Position numbers and translations under genes: made by a program. The notes under the pieces were generated by a model. The model ran no database searches. It saw only the letters and a list, made by a program, of their open reading frames with translations, and was not told where the DNA came from. From positions 699,344-763,343 of the forward strand of contig CAWFIF010000006.1 of assembly GCA_963815835.1 (NCBI GenBank): a stretch of DNA of 64,000 nucleotides, in the 5' to 3' direction. The DNA comes from an uncultured delta proteobacterium. Lineage in GTDB: Bacteria; Desulfobacterota; Binatia; Binatales; Binataceae. Every line of letters begins with the position of its first letter. The first letter of the stretch is position 1. Below, in pieces: positions 57,024 to 64,000 of this stretch.

Positions 57024-59030
57024 CTACCCGTTTTGCAATTCGTCGGCCTGTGAAGCGATATCCTCGATGGCTTCGGCGATCTCCTGCGAGGCCTTCAACC
57101 CCTGCTCGGAGGCGGTGGCGGCTCCGGCCGCAGCGCGCGAAGTTTCCTCGGCGGCGACGGCGATTTTCTCGCTCGCCTCGTGCGATAGTGCGAGCGCGGC
57201 GGATGCCTCAGCGCAGCGTTTCCCGATCTCCTGCATGTCGCTCACCATCACCTCGGACTCGCTGGCGATTCGATCGAAGCTCGCGGTCGAGACTTTGGCC
57301 CGTTCCACTTCGGCGCGCCCATTGTGCGCCGCCTGTTCGATGTCCGCGGCCACTTTGGCGATGTGGGTTTGCACGCCCTTGACCAGGTCTTTGATGCGGT
57401 CGGCGTTTTCGCTGCTTTCGTTGGCCAGGGACCGGATGTCTCCCGCCACCACTGAAAAGCCCCGCCCGTATTCTCCGGCGCGTGCCGCTTCGACGTTTCC
57501 ATTGACGGCCAGCATCTTGGTCTGCACCGTCACCATCACGATGGCGTCGACGATCTTGTCGATCCGGCGCGTCCGTTCTTCCAGTTCCAGAGTGTTTTTG
57601 GCTGATTCGGCGGAGGCGTCGGCGCCCTGTGCGATGTTGACCAATAACCCGTCAAGGCTCGCCTTGTTGGTGGCCAGGAGTTTTTGGGTGTTGGCCGCTT
57701 TCTCCACGCTCGCTTCGGTAATCTCGGTTATGCTTTTGGCGGCGCCGCGCAATTGGGCACCCAGAGCATGAGAGTTTTGCGACATTTTGGCGCACACGCC
57801 GGCGGCCTTGTTGATCTCTTCGATCGCGGTGGTGATCTGCGCGGCGGAGGTCTTCAGTTCTTCCGCGTTGGTGGACAATTGCTCCGCGGTAGCGGCCAGT
57901 TCCTCAGCCGACTTCTGCGCATTGGTCGAGGTCTTGAGCGCCTCCGCCATCTCCGCCAGCGCACCCGCCGCTTCACTCATTTCCGAATACGCTTTGGACT
58001 GTTCCTGGGTCGATTTCTGGGCTTCGTGGGCAGCAGCGCTGGATTCTCCGGCCGCCGCGGCGATCTCCTCAGAGCCCTTCAGATAGGTCTTGGCGTTTGC
58101 CACTGCCTGGCGCGAGCTTTCCTGGATTTCGGCGCAACTGGCCTGGATCTCGGCGAACGCCGTGCCCAGCTTGGCCAAATCCTGGTTAATGACCTTGGCC
58201 TTTTCCACTTCCTCGCGGCCATTCTTGGCGGCAACTTCCGTCTCTCCGGCAACCACCTTCACTTGGGTCTGAATCTCGTTGACCACTTCCTGAATGCCGC
58301 GTGCGCTCTTCTCGCTGATTTCCGCGAGATTGCGCACCTCGTCGGCGACCACGGCGAATCCCTTGCCATGTTCCCCGGCGCGCGCCGCTTCGATGGCGGC
58401 GTTGAGGGCCAGAAGGTTGGTCTGATCGGCAATCCGAGTCACCGCATGGACGATCTTGCCGATCTCTTCGGACTGGCGTTCCAACTCGCCGACCATTTTC
58501 GCGGATTCCAGATTCGCAGCAGCAGATTCCTCGACTCGTTTGATGAGCATGAGGATTTCGGCAATGGTTGACTTGGAGAGCGATTGCAGCTCAACCACCC
58601 GTTGCAGGGAGGCTTCCGCGCTGTGATTGACGTTGCTCGAGGCTTTCTCAACCTCGGTAACCTTGGCCCGACACTCATCTGAGGCGGACGCCGCGTGGTC
58701 TGCGGATTCCCCGATGGAATGCATGGTCTTTTCCAGTTCCTCAACCGCGCTAGTAGCTTCGGTGATAGAGCTGGAAACCTGCTCGGTGGCGGTCAACAGT
58801 TTCTCCGCCACCGCTTGCGCCCGCGCCACGGTGCGCGCGCGCTGCTTCTCCTCGGCCAGCTTTTTGGCTGTCAGCCGAGTCTGACCGTGATCGTCTAGAT
58901 GGCCGTTGGCTTCCGCGCCGTTCTTCGCACCCGGCGGCGAGCTTTTCTGCGGTCCGAGGCGGTTCAATGCGAGGCGATTGGACGACTCGAGCGTGCCATT
59001 TTTGGTCGTCTCTTCGTTATGTCGAATCAT
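57024..59030 (-). CDS. Soluble methyl-accepting chemotaxis protein with two tandem MA signalling domains
   Basis: No hydrophobic span. Tip 1 is [37 protein letters not shown] (aa ~199-236). Tip 2 is [37 protein letters not shown] (aa ~499-536). Confidence 0.9.
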   Translation of the reverse strand: MIRHNEETTKNGTLESSNRLALNRLGPQKSSPPGAKNGAEANGHLDDHGQTRLTAKKLAEEKQRARTVARAQAVAEKLLTATEQVSSSITEATSAVEELEKTMHSIGESADHAASASDECRAKVTEVEKASSNVNHSAEASLQRVVELQSLSKSTIAEILMLIKRVEESAAANLESAKMVGELERQSEEIGKIVHAVTRIADQTNLLALNAAIEAARAGEHGKGFAVVADEVRNLAEISEKSARGIQEVVNEIQTQVKVVAGETEVAAKNGREEVEKAKVINQDLAKLGTAFAEIQASCAEIQESSRQAVANAKTYLKGSEEIAAAAGESSAAAHEAQKSTQEQSKAYSEMSEAAGALAEMAEALKTSTNAQKSAEELAATAEQLSTNAEELKTSAAQITTAIEEINKAAGVCAKMSQNSHALGAQLRGAAKSITEITEASVEKAANTQKLLATNKASLDGLLVNIAQGADASAESAKNTLELEERTRRIDKIVDAIVMVTVQTKMLAVNGNVEAARAGEYGRGFSVVAGDIRSLANESSENADRIKDLVKGVQTHIAKVAADIEQAAHNGRAEVERAKVSTASFDRIASESEVMVSDMQEIGKRCAEASAALALSHEASEKIAVAAEETSRAAAGAATASEQGLKASQEIAEAIEDIASQADELQNG

Positions 59031-59184
59031 TCGTGTCTCCGCAAAGATCAGTTATAGCGTGGGGGAATCGGTCAGCCGCCGCATCCTCGAGCAGTCCACC
59101 GCCGACATGGACGGATCATTCTAAACGCCTTTTGATTGATCCAATACGTGCGCGCCATCTCACCATTCCATAGTGGCGTCAATA

Positions 59185-59200
59185 AGCAGTTGCCGTGCCA
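59185..59200 (-). promoter_or_regulatory. Candidate sigma-54 (-24/-12) promoter for the che operon
   Basis: The minus strand reads TGGCACGGCAACTGCT, versus consensus TGGCACG-N4-TTGCW: perfect -24, correct spacing, CTGCT at -12. It lies ~155 nt upstream of the MCP start. Confidence 0.4.
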
Positions 59201-59755
59201 TTTGAAATCAAGATTCGGCAGAACGAACCTTGAACGATTCTCTCCGATGGACGATTTCCACCGGCGTCTTTGGTACATGAGCGCCAGTCGTGATTAGCGC
59301 TAAATTCCTGTTCAGCGCCGCTCGCGTGCGGGCCGAGCACCTCGCTCTTTGAAAAACTCCGCTGGCGCAAGGGCGGAAATTTCAATCGTGCTCTCGCCCG
59401 AAGAGACACTTACGAAGCTACGGCTTGACGACGTTGCCAACCATTTCATGCCACTATGCCAACCGATCGTTTCCTTCCGCATGACCGAAGTTTCGGCCCG
59501 CAATCGCGCGCAGCTCACGGCGAGGCATTTGCTGGTGTGCGGGAATACGCCTGCATCATCCGCAGTGGTTGCAAACGAACGATATGCAGGACTTTCGCCG
59601 GTTCCGGCGATCAATTTCGAGAAGGAGCACGCATCCTCATCGGGAGTAATGCCTCAGGGACCGCGCTCGGTCAACCCCGAAAAGCGCACGCGCAACGGAG
59701 GCGCGACACCGGCGCAGTCTACCGAGATATCGAAGGGTCGCGACGCGAATGAGTG

Positions 59756-60523
59756 CTACTCGACCAACATGGTTACGCGGCCGCTATCGAGGTCGTAGCG
59801 ACCGCCGATGACTTTGAGCTTGCCGAGTTCGATCGATTGTTTGAAGGGACTCATAGACTGCAGTTGACGGACCCCCACGATGACATGCTGATCGGCTGCT
59901 TCCCGGCACAGAGCTTCTTTTTCGCTAAGAGTGCCCGCATTCTCTTCAATGATCGCTTTCGCGTTCGATATAGCGGGGTAGATTAGCGACAGAAACTCGG
60001 GTGAGGTTGCGGGATACATATCGACCGCACCTTTCACCGCTCCGCAGTTTTGATGCCCAAGGACCACGATTGTCTCTACCCCGAGGTGGCCCACCGCGTA
60101 TTCGAGGCTCTGCAAGCCCAGTTGGCCGACACTATTGCCGGCGACCCGCACTGCGAACAGGTCCCCCACGCCCTGATCGAAGAGCAGTTCCGGCGGCACC
60201 CGCGAGTCGGCACACGACAAGATGGCAACGAACGGCTTCTGTCCTTCGTTCGCGACCAATTTCCGGCGCGCAAAGTCGCTATGCGGATGTATCGACTTGC
60301 CCTCCGCCCATCGCGTGTTGCCTTCCTGCAGCGCTTTTAAAGCGTTAGCGGGCGAGCGCGGTGACGTCTCACGATGTAACAATGCTCCGGAGGTGGCTGG
60401 CGCGGGCTCGCTGGCCGCTGCTGATCGCGGGACGACGATGCCGCCAGATGGATTCCGATAGTCATTCCGCATGTGTTGCTCCATCTCGGTCTTATCGCTG
60501 ACTTCGCCGGACGATATGTCCAA
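59756..60523 (-). CDS. Beta-class carbonic anhydrase (start uncertain; ~70-aa N-terminal extension)
   Basis: LQEGNTRWAEG, ILSCADSRVPPELLF, LFAVRVAGN, VVLGHQNCGAV give the Zn ligands Cys/His/Cys. Confidence 0.85.
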   Translation of the reverse strand: MDISSGEVSDKTEMEQHMRNDYRNPSGGIVVPRSAAASEPAPATSGALLHRETSPRSPANALKALQEGNTRWAEGKSIHPHSDFARRKLVANEGQKPFVAILSCADSRVPPELLFDQGVGDLFAVRVAGNSVGQLGLQSLEYAVGHLGVETIVVLGHQNCGAVKGAVDMYPATSPEFLSLIYPAISNAKAIIEENAGTLSEKEALCREAADQHVIVGVRQLQSMSPFKQSIELGKLKVIGGRYDLDSGRVTMLVE

Positions 60524-61008
60524 GCGGCTTAGGTGCTCGAGGTTCGTTCGTAGTTTTTAACAACATGGCTTTGAGGAGCAGTTGCCGTGCCGAGTGACAC
60601 TACGAGTGAGCAGTACTAACTCCTCGGACTCCGATTGCTCAGCTGATTTACAATGGCGGGTCCTGATACATCAGATGTCGTTACCGAATCACGTCTAAAT
60701 CCGTGCGCAGGCTCCGTCGTGGCGAGCTGACCTCATCACTTTCGACAACTGAGACATCCACGAACTTCCGCAATAGATTGTGGCGCCAACCAGTTTTGGG
60801 CACTACGCCAACAATTTGTCCTTCGGATGACTATTGCTAACGCGCGATCTTCCCGATCGTTACCGCACGCGGCATCCGACAAATCGGCCGGGAATGGACT
60901 TCGTATCGAGCCGGTTCTCCACGGCTCGCGTTGAAAATGGTGGCGGTTGCGCACGCGGCCTCCGCGACCGGCGTCGATCGCTGAAGAAGAGGCGGCGGAC
61001 TGAGATTG

Positions 61009-61306
61009 TCTCCCACCATCGGCCCGGACGGTACCATCTACGCGGACTCAACTGACCGGAACCTATATGGTGATGCGGGACGGCACGTTTCGATGGAAGG
61101 CTCCGGTAGGAAGTCCGGCCGCCGTAAGCGACGGCGTAGAGTCCTGGCCCGCGATTAGCGCTGATCGAATGATTTTCGCAGGCTCCTCCCACGACGGCCA
61201 CCTCGACCCCAGTAACGGGCGGCACGAGCAGATGGAAATTCGCGAAATCCTGCGTGGTGCGATAGCTTCTCACCAGCCATCGGCTCCGAAAAACGGTCTA
61301 CTTTGA
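61009..61306 (+). pseudogene. Frameshifted fragment of a PQQ-like beta-propeller repeat protein
   Basis: SPTIGPDGTIYADSTDRNLY, then a frameshift at about 61065, then MRDGTFRWKAPVGSPAAVSDGVESWPAISADRMIFAGSSHDGHLDPSNG. This resembles SPAIGxDGTIYVGSxDGxLYA repeats. No start codon or complete domain is present. Confidence 0.35.
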
Positions 61307-61738
61307 TGTGGCAACCGGTATGCCATAGACGCCGCCATCGCGTCAGGACCTGCCCGCTAATATCGGGATAATCCCCGAAACGGGTCCACTGCCACCCATT
61401 CTCTTTGCGAGCAGACCGGACCGGGTCCGGTTTTTAGGGCTTGGGAGAGTCTTTTCGGGAACTTTTAGGTGCGTTCGTTTCGTCGCCAATTCGAACGGAG
61501 TCCCCGATTTCATCCGAGATTCTTGGTTTCCGCGGCTTGATGCTCCTAGACCTTTGCGCGGTTCAGTTCCGCGCGCCTCTACCGTTGGCCCTGATGTGCT
61601 CGTCAGGGTCCAGTCGCCGGCGAGGGGACTACGATCGGTTCGCCAGAAACGGCGGAGACATTTAGAATGCTACGCCAATAGGTGGGGTCTTCACGCTGGA
61701 TCAGTCAAAACTCGATGTACGATTTTCCGCCAACGCTT

Positions 61739-61770
61739 GTACAGTTTGCCCCACGTGGGGCAAACTGTAC
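61739..61770. repeat. Perfect 32-bp palindrome
   Basis: GTACAGTTTGCCCCAC|GTGGGGCAAACTGTAC, centred on CACGTG. Arms verified base by base. Confidence 0.9.
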
Positions 61771-61830
61771 CGAAACAGCCACTTTGGGAAACATTTCTAG
61801 CCGAAAAACCTAAGGTTTTCTCAGTTTTCT

Positions 61831-61859
61831 GTGGGGTTCAAATCCCTTCTGCTCCACCA
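61831..61859 (+). other. tRNA/tmRNA-like 3' end fragment (T-arm + acceptor + CCA)
   Basis: GTGGGGTTCAAATCCCTTCTGCTCCACCA has a TTCAAAT T-loop and a GCTCCACCA end like tRNA-Ala or tmRNA. No matching 5' acceptor strand (GGAGCAG) lies 70-95 nt upstream. Confidence 0.4.
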
Positions 61860-61886
61860 AACCCAAGTTCAGGTCGCAGACTCACT

Positions 61887-62693
61887 TCATTCGGGAATGA
61901 ACGAGGGGCTGCCGGTCTTCGCGGTCTGGCCGCCGTCGGCGACGAATGCCGCGCCGTTCACGAATGACGCGAGGTCCGAGGCGAGGAACATCACGACGTT
62001 AGCGATCTCCTCGGGACGGCCGAGGCGTCCGAGTGGGATCGTCTCCTCGAAGCGCTGTTTGAAACCCGGAATCTCAAGCGAGGGCGCCAGCGCCGGAGTA
62101 TGAATCGCGCCGGGGCACACGCAGTTGCATCGAATGCCGTCGCGCGCGTATTCGACCGCAACCACCCGCGTCAAGTTGATGACGCCCGCCTTGGCCGCGT
62201 TGTATGCAACGATTCCTCGATCGGCGAACTGACCCGAGATCGATGCGGTATTCACGATTGCGCCGCCGCCATGTGCTCGCATCGAAGGAATCGCGCGCTT
62301 GATGCATCGAAAGACTGCCGTCAGACCCGTCTCCAGCATCTGGTTCCATACCGAATCGAGGACATCGCCAGTGCGGGCGACGACCGCCTGATTCGCGAAG
62401 GAAGGCGGCAGACCGAAGGCGTTGTTGTGAATGAAATCGAGCCGCCCGAACTCGCGTTCGGCACCCCCGATCATCTTGTCGATGTCATCCTGCTTCGTGA
62501 TGTCAGCGGTGATCGCGATAGCTTTGCCGCCAGCCTTGCTGATCTCACTCGCCACGGATTCAGCGGCGTCGTGGATGATATCGACCACCGCGACTCTCGC
62601 GCCGCGCTGAGCAAATCCCATTGCCGTCGCGCGTCCGATGCCTGATCCCGCTCCGGTAACGATTCCAGCTTTACCGTCGAATTTCATTTTCAC
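61887..62693 (-). CDS. Short-chain dehydrogenase/reductase (SDR)
   Basis: GIVTGAGSGIGRA (TGxxxGxG), NNAF, S...YNAAKAGV (YxxxK), PGAIHTP. Confidence 0.85.
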   Translation of the reverse strand: MKMKFDGKAGIVTGAGSGIGRATAMGFAQRGARVAVVDIIHDAAESVASEISKAGGKAIAITADITKQDDIDKMIGGAEREFGRLDFIHNNAFGLPPSFANQAVVARTGDVLDSVWNQMLETGLTAVFRCIKRAIPSMRAHGGGAIVNTASISGQFADRGIVAYNAAKAGVINLTRVVAVEYARDGIRCNCVCPGAIHTPALAPSLEIPGFKQRFEETIPLGRLGRPEEIANVVMFLASDLASFVNGAAFVADGGQTAKTGSPSFIPE

Positions 62694-62917
62694 GCTCCTC
62701 AGCGGTGATGCCCATCAGTAGCGCGACTCGGCCAGCTATGAAACCGCGCCGCCCACGATTGCCGCGGCAGTCTGAAAGCGGGGTCGCATCCCGCCTTTCA
62801 GCGCTGGAATTACATTCGCTCTTTGAGCGATAATTCGGTTTCGTCGCCCCTACGCGGCATTTGCGCCTTCGCACGCCGCGGCACCAATCTGCGCTTCATT
62901 TCAATGGAGGAACTGCC

Positions 62918-64000
62918 ATGTCCAACATTGAGAACTACGAAATTATTGTTCTCGGTAGCGGAGGGTCCGGTAAGTTTGTGGCCTGGACCCTGGCTAAGGA
63001 GGGTCATCGCACCGTGATGGTCGAACGCGGACCGCTCGGCGGCGCCTGCCCTAACGTCGCGTGCCTGCCGAGCAAGAACATGGTCTATTCCGGCAGGGTC
63101 ATCTCACTCGCCAGGCGAGGCGCGGAATTCGGCCTCAAGATGGACTCCTTGAGCGTTGACATGAAGGCCGTTCAGCGACGCAAGCGCACGATGGTTGAAG
63201 GGCTCCATCAGATGCATGTCGATGCCACCAACGCGAGCGGCGCGGAACTAATCATGGGTAAAGGTCGGTTCGTCGGTCCACGCACCCTCGAGGTTGAACT
63301 CATTAGCGGAGGTGGAAAGCGAACCATCTCCGGCGACAAGGTTTTCCTCGATCTCGGCTCGCGCGCGGCGATGCCCGGCCTACCCGGACTGGCGGAAGCG
63401 AAACCTATGACCCATGTGGAGGCTCTCGAGCTCGAGCGATTGCCTGAACATCTGATTGTGCTGGGAGGCGGCTATGTGGGTCTCGAGCTGTCGCAGGCGA
63501 TTCGGCGATTTGGCTCGCACGTGACGGTGGTCGAAGCCGGGCCCCAACTCGCTGGCCGCGAGGATGCTGACGTGGGGGCCGCTCTCCTCGAGTTGTTTGT
63601 TGACGAAGGTATCGAGGTTCTACTCGGGACCGAAGTGCGCCGGGTGGAGGGACGTTCGGGTGATCGAGTTCGCATCAACGTGAAGGACAAGCGAGGCGAA
63701 CGCACTATCGAAGGGACCGACCTCCTCGTAGCGACTGGACGGAAGGCTAACAGCGACGGAATCGGTCTCGAGAAGACCGGCGTCGAGTTGGATGAGCACG
63801 GCTATATCAGGGTCAACGAGAGACTGGAGACCACGAGCGCCAACATCTGGGCGATGGGCGATTGCGCCGGGAGCCCACAATTTACGCACGTCGCCTTCGA
63901 CGATTTCCGCGTCGTCTATGCCAACCTGAACGGAGGGAATCGAACCACGAGGAATCGCCTGATCCCGTTTTGCATGTTCACCGATCCGGAACTGGCGCGG
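62918..64000 (+). CDS. FAD-dependent pyridine nucleotide-disulfide oxidoreductase (class I, mercuric/dihydrolipoamide reductase-like); 3' end beyond window
   Basis: Not in the track because no stop lies in the window. GGAGG (62906-62910) then ATG 62918. Manual translation gives MSNIENYEIIVLGSGGSGKFVAWTLAKEGHRTVMVERGPLGGACPNVACLPSK (GxGxxG plus CxxxxC redox centre), VLGGGYVGLELSQ (NAD site) and WAMGDCAG. Confidence 0.85.
   Translation, partial: MSNIENYEIIVLGSGGSGKFVAWTLAKEGHRTVMVERGPLGGACPNVACLPSKNMVYSGRVISLARRGAEFGLKMDSLSVDMKAVQRRKRTMVEGLHQMHVDATNASGAELIMGKGRFVGPRTLEVELISGGGKRTISGDKVFLDLGSRAAMPGLPGLAEAKPMTHVEALELERLPEHLIVLGGGYVGLELSQAIRRFGSHVTVVEAGPQLAGREDADVGAALLELFVDEGIEVLLGTEVRRVEGRSGDRVRINVKDKRGERTIEGTDLLVATGRKANSDGIGLEKTGVELDEHGYIRVNERLETTSANIWAMGDCAGSPQFTHVAFDDFRVVYANLNGGNRTTRNRLIPFCMFTDPELAR

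Noticed and set aside
55107-58571. Long plus-strand ORFs (e.g. 56246-56974, 57067-57771, 57684-58571) across the che operon. The same applies to 28917-29615, 31734-32841, 14258-15166, 10666-11352 and 154-2462 elsewhere.
   Set aside because: They are antisense shadows of strongly supported genes in GC-rich DNA. Their products are Arg/Ala/Pro/Gly-rich low-complexity with no motifs.

Overview
64-kb GC-rich (roughly 55-60% by eye) bacterial chromosomal segment. Lineage cannot be fixed from the sequence alone. The gene content (multi-PAS hybrid kinase, alternative che cluster, GT87/DUF2029, many IS families) fits soil or sediment genomes with large signalling repertoires. There are three zones. 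(1) 1-28.7 kb is a decayed, IS-riddled mosaic. It holds a secreted kelch/galactose-oxidase-like protein, an IS110, two paralogous rve-type transposases, an intact IS5 (22-bp IRs), a dead IS5/IS1182-like copy and a dead IS256. It also holds an intact IS630 (TA duplication, A8 -1 frameshift site) sitting inside a hypothetical gene, plus several gene stumps. It ends in a tyrosine-integrase stump next to the 3' half of an initiator tRNA-Met. Two cassettes of unknown function are embedded in it: a patatin-like phospholipase module (7.5-12.2 kb) and a visibly AT-richer five-gene envelope operon with no recognisable domains (16.9-20.9 kb). (2) 29-44.6 kb carries a 7-PAS hybrid histidine kinase plus a CheY-like regulator, a radical-SAM/SPASM - DoxX - GT2 - DUF2064 - GT87 operon, and a B12-binding / ABM / hemerythrin sensor trio. 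(3) 44.7-59 kb carries a nine-gene alternative chemosensory operon: tandem-MA soluble MCP, triple CheW with a split middle domain, CheB, HEAT, CheR, CheY, STAS, CheY and double-HPt CheA. It has a candidate sigma-54 promoter, and downstream lie a reciprocal-decay duplication junction and a highly divergent receptor-like protein. The right edge holds a beta-carbonic anhydrase, an SDR and a disulfide oxidoreductase (partial). No rRNA, CRISPR array or intact tRNA was seen. All family names come from my own motif recognition; no searches were run. The ORF track evidently prints M for GTG/TTG starts and omits ORFs that run off the window.
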